DNA of 64,000 bases. Origin: Aplysia californica (lineage: Eukaryota). Under the pieces are notes generated by a model, which saw only the letters and a program-made list of their open reading frames with translations, had not been told where the DNA came from and made no database searches. The position numbers and the translations under genes were made by a program. Numbering within the stretch: the stretch's first letter is position 1; the number at the start of each line of letters is the position of its first letter. This document shows, piece after piece, positions 37,072 to 49,985 of this stretch. The stretch spans positions 671,142-735,141 of the forward strand of contig NW_004797591.1 of NCBI RefSeq assembly GCF_000002075.1, written 5' to 3'.

Positions 37072-40000
37072 TGATGTTCGTCCTTCGCTGGAGAAGATGA
37101 CCTTGACTTCACATCATTTGAGGGGTGGGGTGTGTGCGGAGATGGCTGATCAGGCCGATCTTCGCTCGGAAATGTCTGTTGCAGTGGGTGCAGGGTATGT
37201 TTGTGGGGCTGAACTAGGCTGGAAGGTAGGGCTCTCTCTGTCTTTTCTCAGCTGCCGTCTCCATTCTTTCTTTCTGACGCGACTTTCTTCGAATTTGGCC
37301 ACTCCCGATCTTATTAAGGAGCGCCAAACTGCGTGATCGCGAGCAGCTTCTTCCCAGGTGGTATGGGGAATGTCACAAATCTTCAGGCCACTTCCTCATC
37401 GATATTGACCGAGTGAGAGAGGGTGCTGCCAAGGTAAATAAACTTATCTGCCACTGCCAGTTTCTCTTCGTAGATGGTACTATGGGGCTCTATGTAAGGA
37501 ACCAATAGGGCTGGCTGGTACAGTACTTCGGTCTTCTTTGTGGAGATAATAAGGCCGACATTTTTGCAGGCTTTAGAAAAACGGTCCAGGCTTCCTTGCA
37601 TGTCTGACTGAGTACTGGCATTAGGCGCGCAGTCGTCTGCAAAGAGTAAATCGCGGGCTATGTCTGCCTGGACTTGAGTCTCCGAAGGTTGAAGAGTTTC
37701 CATCTGTGCGGTAACGAAAACCGACACCGATATCTCCGTCGTGGTAGGCGTCGGTCAGCATAGCTGAGAACATCATGCTGAACAGAGTGGGGGCCAGCAC
37801 GCATCCCTGCTTCACTCCATTGGTGACGGGGAAGGGTTGGGAGTACACCCCATCGTCCTGCACTTTTGCTGTCATGCCATCGTGGGATTGTTGGACCATC
37901 ACAATGAACATTGCGGGGCACCCGAACTTTGCCATGATGTTCTGCAGCCCTTCGCGACAGACAATATCAAATGATTTCGTCAGATCCACAAACGTGGAGT
38001 AGAGTCCAGGGTTCTGCTCTTGGCATTTCTCTTGTAGTTGACGAGCAGCGAAGATCATGTCCAAAGTACTGCGTCCCATGCGGAATCCACACTGACTCTC
38101 AGGGAGCAGGTCGTGTTCCAGATGTGCAACGAGGCGATTGAGCAGGATGCGAGCCAGGATCTTCCCAAACGATGGAGAGCAGGGCGATGCCTCGGTGGTT
38201 GTTGCAGGTGTTCCTGTTTACTTTGCGCTTGTAAAGGTGGATAATCGAAGCGTCTTTGAGTTCCTGTAGCAGCTTTTCTTGTAACCACCTGGCGGTAAAC
38301 AGGCTTGTCAGTTTCTCTATTAGTGTTGGGCCTCCAGAAGCGTAGATTTCAGCAGGAATGGAGTCTGCACCTGGTGCCTTGCCACTGGAGAGGCGTTTGA
38401 TGGAGAGCATTATTTCTTTTTCTGTTGGTGGGTCTGCCAGAGTGTTGTCGAATGGCACTTGTGGTAGTCTTTCAATGACTTATTCACTGTTGATGGATAC
38501 TGTTTAAGTGTTGTGCCCAACGCTTGAGGATTTTCTCCTGGTCTGTTATCAGCGTGCCCCCGTCTGCGCTGAGGAGAGGGGATTGCCCTGACGAGGTGGG
38601 TCCGTAGACGGCCTTGAGAACGCTGAAGAAGTTCTTCATGTCCTTCCTGTCTGAATAGGCCTGGATGGCGTCGGCCTTCTCACTGAGCCATTTGTCTTGT
38701 AGTTGTCGTAGTTCGAACTGGACTCTCCTCCTGGCCGTATTGAAGTTATCTTTCTTTGAGGTGGAGGAGGGGTCATTGAGGAGTGCTCTGTGGAGTCGGT
38801 GTTTCTCCTCTTATATTGTCTGGATGTGACAGGTGTTGTCGTCGAACCAATCTTTATGCTTGCGGGTAGTGGGGCCAATGATATTTAAGGCAACACCATA
38901 GACGGCGTCACAGACTAGACGTGCCCACTCTGTCTCATCATCGGCTTGCGGGTCTATGTCGCTTTGTTGCAGTTTTTTCTCCAGCTCTTCTACCAGCGCA
39001 TGTTTGACAAGATCATTCTTGAGCTTGGAGACGTTCAGTCGCTTGGCCACTTTAATGCCTTGGGGCCTCCTGGGTGGTGTGATTCTGAGGCTCATCTTAG
39101 AGATGAGGAGACGATGGTCCGTCCAACATTCTGCACCGCACATGGTCTTTGTGACTCTCACATCCTGTCTGTCTCTTTGCCTGACGATGACGTAGTCGAG
39201 TAGATGCCAGTGCCTGGAGCGTGGGTGCATCCATGACGTCTTGTTACGATTGGGCAGGCGGAAGACCGTGTTGGTGATGAGAAGATCGTGGGCAGCGCAC
39301 GTTTCCAACAGGAGGAGTCCGTTGCTGTTGCAATTGCCAGCACCGTGTCTCCCTCACACTTCCTCCCACGACTTGAAGTCTCTTCTGACTCGAGCATTGA
39401 GGTCACCAAGGATGATGAGTTTGTCTGCCCAGGGTACGGCTGTGAAGGTCTTCTTTAGGTCCTCGTAGAATTTTCCTTTTATGTCGACTGGGTTGGTCAT
39501 AGTGGGTGCGTTAGCGCTGATCAGCGTGGCAAATCTCTTTTTGGGGAGCGGGAAGTTGTCAGTCATCAGGCCATCGTTGATTCCCTTAGGGGGAGCTGCC
39601 TGCTTGTTGACCAGGTTGGACTTGATAGCAAAACCAACCCCTGCCTCACGACGCTCGTCGAGTCCACGACCGATCCAGACGAACGTGTAGCCGGCAGACT
39701 GCTCTGTGAGTTGTCCTTCCTAAGCGAGGCGAGTCTCACTGAGGGCGGCAATCTGTACTTTATATCGACCCAGTTCGCTGGCAATGAAGGCCGTCCGTCT
39801 TTCGGGACGGTTACTCCCTGATCGATCAAGGAGGGTGCACACATTCCATGCCCCAAGGGTGATGGTCATCTTTGATTTTTTTTAGTTCTTCTTACCGCTG
39901 GTGTGGGACCCTGCCAGTCGCGGCATGCTGGCCAAGGAAGGGTGAGACAGGCAATTTCTAGGACTCCTTTTCTAGTCCCGTCCCCAGGCAGTGGGGGGAA

Positions 40001-40725
40001 GCAGTGCTATCCTGAAGAGAGCTGCTTCGTCGCCCAGGTGGCTGCCGAGTTCCATCGCTGTCTCATTCACCGAAAAGCGACCACAAGGCCTGGACCGCCT
40101 ACGTGTAGAGTTGTGACTACGACTGCCAGTGTGTCCACACCTGTCGCTTGGCCACTCGTCCATCGCCGCAGGACTTGAGAAGTAATGAGGGTGATGATGG
40201 GGGTGGGGATGATGAAGTCATGACTTGCGCTTGAATTTGATTTAAGTGAGGGAGAGTTGTGCCAAGTCGTCAGCCTCAGTCTCTTGTCCCTGTCCATCTA
40301 GTTCTGATGACACGACGAAATCGAGACGGCTGGAGATGGGCCGGGATTCAGCGGATGATCAGCTGTGTTTTCTCGTCTGACTGTGCCCTTGTCGCGCTCC
40401 GCGACGCTCTGCTGGGACCGCCTTTCTGCCCGTTGAACCACCGAGTGGTTTCGTCAGCGCAGTCCGCCTGAGCCAGTCTTTGCATGCTTAGGGAGACGGA
40501 CCCTAATTTACTCACTAGTGGGTTTGAACCCCGACCAGCTACCCTCTACTTGGTTCAGCCCGCCTGCCAAAGCGGTTACCGGGGTGTGGCCGCTGCGCAT
40601 GCTGCAGCTTCGTTTGAGAGTTGAGCGTCATGTGGGATCCAATGTAGAGAGGGCTGTCCGGAAAAGTACATGGCAGGCCTTCCCCATACAGAGGTACTAT
40701 CCCTCCCTGACCCCCCTACACCCCA
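37072..40725 (-). mobile_element. Near full-length RTE-clade LINE (5'UTR, APE, RT, C-terminal Cys/His motif), frameshifted with internal deletions
   Basis: GAWNV, ALSE, GDLNARV, TDHRLL, KAPGADSIPAE, FVDLTKSFD, GVKQGCVLAP, LFADD, YLGS; TSD agaacaat (37064-37071, 40726-40733). Confidence 0.95.
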
Positions 40726-42084
40726 AGAACAATAATTAATCGAAAGATTATCCCCCAACTCGTGATATGGGTAGGTGAGGCATTGCTGAAGAGGAGAGTT
40801 GCAATGCGGCTGGGAAACTGGACATCTGACACGAGAAGCATCACATCGGGGTTGCCGCATGGATCATCACTCTCACCACTGTTATTCAACAAATACACAG
40901 TTGAAATCACTTCTGGACAATTGGAAGACAAAGGGCGTGAGCTGAGCTTTGTGGATGATATCCTTGTATACAGACACGGTAAGGACCGGCGAGATCACAT
41001 TCAGGTAAAGATCACATAATCAGGATCGTCACAAGAGCTAGAAAAGGTCTGATTGCACTGAAAACAATGGTGTTTAGTAGAATGTCACAGAGAATTTAAA
41101 ACATACTGTACAAGACGCTTGTGCTGTCTGTGATAGACTATGGCCTCGGTCTCCTCACCTTGTCAACGTCGCTGCTGAAATTAACGCCGTGAAAGAATTC
41201 AGAACGAAGGTATGCGGACTGTTCTCAGACACATCCTGCGAGGCCATGCGTTATCTCCTGGACCTCCAAGCAATGGTAGAACATCATACGATTGCTCAGG
41301 TCAAAGCATATTTGAGAGTCAGCACCGATGATCAGCACCCACTGCATGACAAAGTTGGTAGAACTGTACCCAGACGTCTGGTTAGAGGGGCTGAGTGGAT
41401 GAATGAGTCAGCGACAACTTTCGCTAAATGCTGTGAAGTGCAAGACATCCGAAGGGGTGGCACATGGGTCAGTATCAGTGACACACTTAGTGGTATACTC
41501 GAGTGGTAGCAACTTTAGGCACAGAATGTCGTGAGTGGCGAGAGGGAGTAACCAATGCCGATAGAGGAGAACAGTGAACAGGACGACGTTGTCATCTTCA
41601 CAGATGGATCAGTACAGCGTGGAGTCAAATCTGGATGGGCTTTCAGCGCCAGTGTAAACAGGGTCATACAGAAAGAGCTGTCAGGCGCCATATAGTACGT
41701 CCAGCATGTGCATGGAGACAAAGGCCATAACAGAAATCCTTAACTGGATTAAGACGACAAGAGTATTAGTCTGCCATCCTCGTCATTGACTTGATGAATA
41801 CTCTCAACAACAAAAAGTTAAGAAACACGTGATCTATGCCGACTGGCGAGAGGTAATACGAAACAGGAGACTCGCACGGTAAGGGTTGTATGGATCTTTA
41901 GCCCGGGTCAGGCAGGAGTTCAAGGCAATGAACGTGCTGATAAGCTAGTCGGCCAGGCTGATACTGTCGACACCGTGCAATTAATTAGATCCAACAGTCA
42001 TGGCAGCATTGGCAGTAATGTTCAACGACCACATAAGATGAAGGCACCACACCACAAAGACTGAATTTTAAGGAAACTGTTGTC

Positions 42085-43042
42085 CAGTGGCGGTGGGTAG
42101 TGAAGGGCTTACGGGCTTGAGCCCCTCACCCCCACCCCCTCCCCACCCCAACTCTATCCCTTACTTAATGAACGTTTCNNNNNNNNNNNNNNNNNNNNNN
42201 NNNNNNNNNNNNNNNNNNNNNNNNNNNNNNNNNNNNNNNNNNNNNNNNNNNNNNNNNNNNNNNNNNNNNNNNNNNNNNCACCCCAACTCTATCCCTTACT
42301 TAATGAACGTTTCTTAAATAACGAAATAAGCAGTTGAAACCGTTATGATCGCACGCAATGAACACACAGTTATCAGCTTGGCGGCTTGCCCGTTTATCCA
42401 ATCATTGTTGTCACCGCTTACAACTCTAGTAACCTAACAGCCAATCAAATGTCGTTAGGGCTCAGGAAGAATAAGCCGGTTCCCACGCCCGTCTTTAATG
42501 AAACTTTTCTTGTAAAAAGGTAGAAGACTTATAAAAAAATAACACTGCACAGAGGGTTCAGGCTCTCCCAGCCCTGACAATGGGGTGAAAGTTTACGACA
42601 CACTTTCCACCAGTGATACAGATACCTATGCGCCCATAGGGCCTTTGTTAGGCGAGTTCTATTTTCCGCAACAACAGGACCCAATCCACCTCATAGACGG
42701 TATGTGTTTGGAGTGCTGTGTGTTTGTGCCGCTGAGAGTTAACAGTTATTAATTACATCAAACCACTTTCGAGGCATCTTTTTCTTCAGATAAAAACTGA
42801 TTAGAGAAATTTGAAGGTGAAACGGCTTCGTCCCCACCACCCAGAGGAGCTCAAATTTAACTAAGAACAAAGAGATGGAAGACAAAGGTGACTCTTCTCG
42901 TTTGAATTGTTCTCAAAATGCCGTGACTCGCCGTGAGTATAGAAGAATCATCACTGTTTTGTTCTTATTGCTTGCTATTTAGTGGTAAAGAAGTGGAAGA
43001 AACCTAAGCCCCACTCAAATCTTGGTCCACCCACCACCACTG
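42085..43042 (+). mobile_element. hAT non-autonomous element inserted in the I-group LINE
   Basis: TIR CAGTGGCGGTGGGT / ACCCACCACCACTG, perfect 8-bp TSD ctgttgtc (42077-42084, 43043-43050). Confidence 0.88.
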
Positions 43043-44590
43043 CTGTTGTCTCTAGAGGGTCGGGGAGGGATAGCAACCTGCGTGGAAAAGCCAGAAGAAT
43101 ATCGAACCAGCTGAAAACTGGCACGATCAGCAAGCAGACCCTTTCATGGATCGTGGAGATGAGGGGGGAGCAGCAATGAGATTGTGCCGCCTGTATGATG
43201 CCTATTCTCCAATCAAGTAACTCTCTTCCTCCTTTTTTGTGCATGTTACTCTCTTCTAACACACCTATTCTTCGGCATTTATATGACCTTATTGTGTTAC
43301 AAGTGCTATAAAACTCTTACTGAAACTAAACAACCAAGTAAGTACCAAGTAAGTAAACACGCTCATACAAACACATACACACATAATATGCACACTNNNN
43401 NNNNNNNNNNNNNNNNNNNNNNNNNNNNNNNNNNNNNNNNNNNNNNNNNNNNNNNNNNNNNNNNNNNNNNNNNNNNNNNNNNNNNNNNNNNNNNNNNNNN
43501 NNNNNNNNNNNNNNNNNNNNNNNNNNNNNNNNNNNNNNNNNNNNNNNNNNNNNNNNNNNTACTGTCTTTGACGAAACTGTTTCTTTTGGGTTTGTGGAAG
43601 AAAATAAAAATGGTACTAAAAAGTAACCAAACACCGTCCGAAATAGACAAGGTTATTCGTCAGGGGAAATGACTCTGGACTAGTTACTTACATACGTGGT
43701 GATTTGAGTTTCTTACTTGATAGAGGAGGCCAAATAAAAATTCTAGATCTAGTGGCCTAGGCCTAGAGCCAAGAGATCTTGTTATAAAAGCAACTGGCAA
43801 AACAGCTTGCACTGTGATGGGACACACTCTACACAAGAATCGTCGGTCATTTTGCAAAAGAACCTTTTGTGTGAACTCGATTGGAATCTTAATCTAGATT
43901 CTAGAGTCTAGATCTCTAGTCTACACAGTTACACAGATACAGAATACAGACAGTGACAGTGAGTGGTGATAATATTAATATACAATCTAGAAGAATCTAG
44001 ATTCTAATCTAGATCTAGAATCTAGATATATATTATATTATATATATCCCTGGAAAATTTATAAGTCAGTTTGGCAGTCACCCTGGCACGGAATTGTCGT
44101 TGATCATCCGGAGTGAGAATAGTGCAGGCGAGTCTTGTGGCTATTCTCACCCGGTGCACGTTCACCAAATTTTGCGTTCACCCTAAACTACAGAATTCTA
44201 CACTGTGATAACAGAAAAATTGTAGAATTCTGTGCCGTGAACAAACGTTCCATTACAATTGTAGCCTACTAAAAGCGTACAATTTTGTCTGTGGGCAGTG
44301 GAGAGAGAGAGAAAGAGAGAGAGGAGTAGCGCGAGAATTTCCGGGCAAAACAAAATGGCGACCCGCGTAGTTCGGCTCGATTCGAAAAGTTAAATAGCCG
44401 TAGCATCTTTGTAGACAACCAAATTTATTTACTTTTGTGTTGTAACATCATTTTTTAACTTTGTTTTGGTCAATTTCATCGTCAACACCGATAGACAGTA
44501 TTCAGAAAGAGACAGAGAGAGAGAGAAGAGGGAAAGAGTTGATCTTGCGAGAACTTCCGTGCGGGTGAGAATAGCCACTTTCTATTTTTT

Positions 44591-46788
44591 CGCAGTGGCT
44601 ATTTTTACGGCGAGCCGTAACGATAGCTTGGGAGGCTATTTTTACGGCGTGCCGTAAAGATAGCCTCCCAGTGAGTTCCAGGCTATTTTTACGGCAATCC
44701 TCGAAAAGTGACCCTACTCTGCCTCTCATGTATGCGACATGCCTCAATCAACTCAATGTATTAGATCTAGGCCTATAGGGGTTGTTCAAAATGTAAACTT
44801 ACACCTCAGAGGGGAAAGGGTGTCTTTGGCTTCTGTAAGGAAAGTGTAAGATTGGGTGGGGAGGTTAACCAAATATGACACTTCTGTGAGATGAACGTTT
44901 TGCTCATGACTGGGAAGAAAAGGTAAAAGAAAAAGTGGATAAATGCCAGTAACAAAACCCAGATCTGCATGATCACTGCAGATCCCCTATTGCATTGACA
45001 AGAGTCTCAATGTCTTCCACATATATGCGTTTCTTTTTAGTCCATATGGTTTGATTAAATTGTTACTGAAATGATTTTTTTTTTTACAAGCTAGATCTAG
45101 TTTAAAAAAAAGCCATGTATAGAATCTAGTACAGGTATCTTTAAAATGATAATTATGGAAGTTGAAGATCGGAAAAAGTACTAATATTAAATTGGTGTAC
45201 GTGGGGGTTGGAGGCAAATGTGAGAAAAGTGGTATTGGGTTTTGTGTTTTAAAAAAGTCCCCAAAAGTGTAAGATTATATTTGAACAGCCCCATAGGTTT
45301 TCCATTTCCTCCTCTTCACCGTCATTCTATTCTCTTCTTCATCTTCCTTCTCCCTTCCTCCACCACCACCTCTTCCTTCTTCTCCCCACCATCATCATTC
45401 ACCTTCTCTTTATCATCACCACCGCCCTCCTGGTCACTATCATTACCATCATCACTGCCACTGCCAGCATCATCATTTCATTCACTGACATCACTACATG
45501 TACCACACCCACAAGAAGAGCAGTCATTTTGGAGTTAACACTTTTCGCCTTGGGAATGCCTTTAAAATGTTCCTCCTTCCTTATAATTTGCACTGAGCAG
45601 ATTTTTGATAGAGGTGTAAAAAAATTTTGTGTGTGTTCACAATGATTAATTTATTAATTATTGTGATGCAATTTCAGGGTATAGGAACACATATATTTTT
45701 TTACATTCAAATATCAAAATTTTGCTCAGTACGATTGACCATAGTATCTGTATCTACCATTCCACCAATTTTCATGCGATTTTGTTAGAGAGAAAGAAGC
45801 CTTCGGTTTTTTTAAATTATTGTTTGTTTTGCATGTTGGTGCTGTTTCCATTCCATGGCAACTTTCATTCTGACTTATCAAAATTTACTTTCTTCATTAT
45901 TTCTTTTGCCCGTATAATTTTTTTTCTCCTAAATATGAATCGGAAAAAGAATCACCCTTGGGGTGAGCTGTTCCCCGTAAAAATGGACAGTAATAATATG
46001 AGCATATCAGGAAACAAAACACAAAAGCTTAAAAAATGCGATCTATTTTATTATTTGAAAGAATCCCACAACAACAAGGTCCTAGTAAAGAACATAAAAA
46101 CATTGAATTGTTTAAGTCCAGAATAAAGACTATAATTATGATAATACTAATAACAGAGGACATTTAATTATAGTGCCTTACTCTCGGTTTTAACCAGCTC
46201 AAAGTATGTTACATTAGTTTAGTCATTTAGTAAAATGTAGTATAAAATAACAAATAAGGTAGTGGCCTACAAGCCAAGACGGAATTTATAAGACTGAAAA
46301 AACGTGTTCTACGTCATCAGTTTGTGACCACCGTAAAAAGAACATTTCAGTTAATACAATTTAATCAAACCATATGAACTAGAAAGAACGCATATATGTG
46401 GAAGACATTGAGACTCTTGTCAATGCAAAAGGTACATGCCTTACAAATAAAAGACATCAAGACACTAAAAGATCAACAAAACAGTTGCAAAGTTACAAAG
46501 AAACATTAAGAAATTAGATGTCCACCTACAGAATTTTCATCATAATTTCAAAATTATTTGTAACCCCCCCCTCTAAAAAAACCAAAACAAAACAAAAAAA
46601 CAACAACAACAGGGATCTGCAGTGATCATGCAGATCTGGGTCTTGTTACTGGCATTTATCCATTTTTTCTTTTACCTTTTCTTCCCAGTTATGAGCAAAA
46701 CGTTCATCTCACCTCCCCACCCAATCTTACACTTTTCTTACAGCCTAGGAGGCTATCTTTACGGCTCGCCTTAAAAATAGCCACTGCG
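44591..46788. repeat. Large imperfect inverted repeat (arms 44591-45073 and 46343-46788)
   Basis: High-identity reverse-complement blocks with arm-specific indels and a spacer of about 1.27 kb. Confidence 0.85.
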
Positions 46789-46985
46789 TTTTTTAAAACC
46801 AGATTCAGATCCCCCCCCCCTCCCCCCTGGGATCCTGATTTTTAAATTTCATAGTGTGGCAGGTCTGAGTTATTGGTATCATCTTCAAGCCTGTTCAATT
46901 GTCTCACGTTTGATGAAAAAGTACCCATCTAGCTTGAATAGAAGTCAAGATATTTGCAATTGAAGGAGGTTGGGGTTTATTTTAA

Positions 46986-47516
46986 GGGAGTGTATACAGA
47001 CCCAGTAACCGGGAACAAAGTCACAAAGTTTACAGACCCGGTAGGGGAACTCTTTAGTGATTTCGGAAAGTTTCAGCGCCCTCTTGGCTCAGGGTAGACC
47101 CAGGTTCTTCTAGATCTATGGCCTAGGTCTAGATCTAGACAGACAGACATAAATCATTGATCTAGTTTCGAGGCTAGCCTAGATCTAGATCTAGATCTAA
47201 AAAAGGAGATTGCGGATGTCTTTCCGATGAACGATCGTTTTTCCTCCGTTTTGGAGTTGGAGGAATCACAATTTGAAGAAAAGAACAATGTCATAATTTC
47301 AATCCCTCCCTCTCCTCCCTCCCTCNNNNNNNNNNNNNNNNNNNNNNNNNNNNNNNNNNNNNNNNNNNNNNNNNNNNNNNNNNNNNNNNNNNNNNNNNNN
47401 NNNNNNNNNNNNNNNNNNNNNNNNNCTGAAACTTTCCGAAATCACAAAAGAGTTCCCCTACCAGGTCTGTATACTTCGTGACTTAGTTCCCGGTTACCGG
47501 GTCTGTATACACTTCG
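46986..47516. mobile_element. MITE with TIRs of about 90 bp (Kolobok-like termini)
   Basis: 46986-47075 is the reverse complement of 47426-47516; flanks ttaa / ttat; interior rich in AGATCT. Confidence 0.75.
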
Positions 47517-49584
47517 TTATTTTAAATGTTCACAATATTTCCTAAAATTGGCGTTGATTGACAATGGTGTTTTGTTACACAGCACCCCATCTTCCATGAT
47601 CCCCTGCTGCTGCTCTTGCACATGTTATTTGGCATCGGTTCGCAAATGGGTCAGAATATTTCGCCGGTCTTGTTGGTGGGTAGTAATGCCTGGGTGACTA
47701 CTTTAAATACTCTCATCTCAACAACATCGACAGTAGTTCTTTTCCGTTCAACCAGCCTTGAAGGTGTGTGCTAGAATTTCAGTTGAGGCTTCAAGTAGCT
47801 TCCCAGTCACATTCCTGATTCCAGAGGGCCGATACGAGTGCCTTATTGTCAGCGGTGCTAAATCTAGACATACTGTTTGGGCGACGCACTGCAAAAGATT
47901 TCAATGAAATTATGTATTTTATTTTAAAAAGTGATTATCAAGTCCATCTCATTTATTTTTTTCTGAATTTTACTCTCCCATACAGTCTCACCGTGAAAAA
48001 AGGCCCTCTTTGCATTATTATGAGATTATCTCAATATCTGGGTTATTTATAGATAACCAAACACAAATCCCTACGAGTACATTTTAGTGATAGGCAAATC
48101 ACATGAAAAAGAAATCAAAATCAAAAGGCTTCTTAGAGTATCTTTAATCCGTGATTGAAAAGTGTTGTTGTGCACCGACTGGCCTTTTATTTCTCTCTGG
48201 AATGACGGAGCGCCCCTCAAGTTTGACACTCGGGATGTCACAGCTAACCATTTAAAAATAGAATTATTCAGAAATTTGAATTGTAATTTGGTAAAAAAAC
48301 TAGTATCGGTTTCATTTTGCTTTTTTCACACAAGTAGGGTAACTGATCAGACTTTCAATTTAGCAAATTAAAAAAAATGGCGCCAAAATTTTAAAAAGGC
48401 GTTCTGTCGGCTTATGGCAGAATACATACGCTTTGTCTTCTTGTCACTGATTGGCTTCCTTCCTGCCCATCCCACCTCCCCACCCGTATTTTGTAGAGAT
48501 TCAGACAATCCTGTGATCTGGCAAAGCATATCTAGTTACAGTTGCTGCAGAATAATTTCCCTTGATAACGATGTTGTGCAGTCTGGCTACCCTAACCTCC
48601 CAAACCCAAACTCAAATCCTTACCGGAACCTTAACCCTAACCAATTGACAAAGCACAGGTAGGCCATGGTCTCTAAGTTGGGATTTATTGGAGAACAGAT
48701 TATCACTGTAGATATATGGTCAAGTGGACTGGCAATAAAAAAGATGAGGAAAATTGCATATGTAACAAACTTTTCAATTGCTTTTAATGTTAGTTCAATC
48801 AGATGGTCAAGTAAGGCTTTACATTCATACCAAGAAAACACTGGTTTCAGCAATTTGTAAGAAATAGAGGGGCAAATTGTCACCAATGTCAGCATGCTAG
48901 TTTGCATAAATCCAGCTATTAGATTAGGTGTGAAATTGCTCAAAATCAAGATATCTAAAGATGTGCACACATTACAAGCTAGTCATTTCTTTGGCAATAG
49001 AAACACAAGTGGTAGGAGGGCTCCAATGGCTGGTCCTACTTTTTTTCTTTCCGTCTGGTGTTTTTGTCTGTCTGTCTACAATCTTACTCTTTCCCAGCAC
49101 AAAATGACCGTTATTGTATTGATGTGTGTCTGTTTACTCCCCCCCCCCCCAAAAAAAAAGAAAGCCATTGAGGCAAAGTGCTCTGTGCTCTCTACCCGCC
49201 CAATATAAAAAAATAGGATGGTCAGCTGGAGTTTAAAAATGTTTCTTTTAACTGTAACAAAATACTCAATCAATGGGTGACCTTAGGCAAGAGTTCAAGA
49301 AACCTGGCTAGCAGTTTATGACCCTGGTAGTTTCATATCGTGCCTATTTTTTACTACCGTATTTGAGTGTTCGCTTGAGGGCAAGGACGAGAAAGGTGGA
49401 GAAGAGTGTTACATTGTATCCTGTGATCCTTTGATAATACGCAAGTGATCAATATATCTGTCCCACTTGATATCGCACCAGATGTGCATGCTGTAGTTAA
49501 TGATGGATGAGTAGTGTAATGTTTGGCCTAGTGTAAATTTCATGGATGCTTAAGGTAGTAAATCTTTTTACTGTAGTGCTATTT

Positions 49585-49985
49585 TATCCGGTTTGACAGC
49601 CGAAAAACCATCAAAATTTCAAGTGCAGCAAAATTGATAATGAAACAAAGGAAATCATCGCATGTAATACCAATTCTGAAAGAACTGCACTGGCTTCCAG
49701 TAAAATAAAGGATCAAATATAAAACAGCCTTTTTCTGTTTTAAATGTACTGCACCTATTTATCTAAAACAATTCCTGGAATTATATCACCCACCCTGAGC
49801 CATTAGATCAGCCACTGACAATCTAATTCTTAGAACCCCAAAACAAAATTACAAAACATACCGCAAGTGTTCTTTTTTATTTGGTCTCCATGTATGGAAC
49901 AAACTCCCATATAAAATAAAAAGTGCCTCTACCATTCACATTTTCCACAAACAGTTGAAGCATTTCTATTCACAAATGCATACCT
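49585..49985 (+). mobile_element. L2/CR1-group LINE 3' remnant
   Basis: Translates to AAKLI...HVIPILKELHWLPVK.RIKYK...APIYL...RS...WNKLP, with stops. Confidence 0.75.

Larger units (their letters stand above)
36260..43225 (+). mobile_element. Degenerate I-group (Ingi/Nimb-like) LINE with RT and RNase H, interrupted by two younger insertions
   Basis: RT motifs SPDG, IPDDW...PKPDKD...YR, DLEDAYNRV | GLPHGSSLSPLLFN, FVDD; RNase H IFTDGS...WIFSPGQAGVQGNERADKL; C-terminus resumes at 43051. Reading is continuous across both insertion sites. Confidence 0.85.

Noticed and set aside
40303-40320. CTGATGA...GAAA hammerhead-like core
   Set aside because: Stem II cannot close (C...C), no convincing stems I/III, and it is antisense to the RTE 5'UTR.
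42143-42313. Direct repeat of about 35 bp on both sides of a 100-N gap
   Set aside because: Typical unmerged contig overlap (assembly artefact).
48590-48642. Telomerase RNA template-like TAACCCTAAC
   Set aside because: Part of a degenerate hexamer run; no pseudoknot or H/ACA structure is evident.
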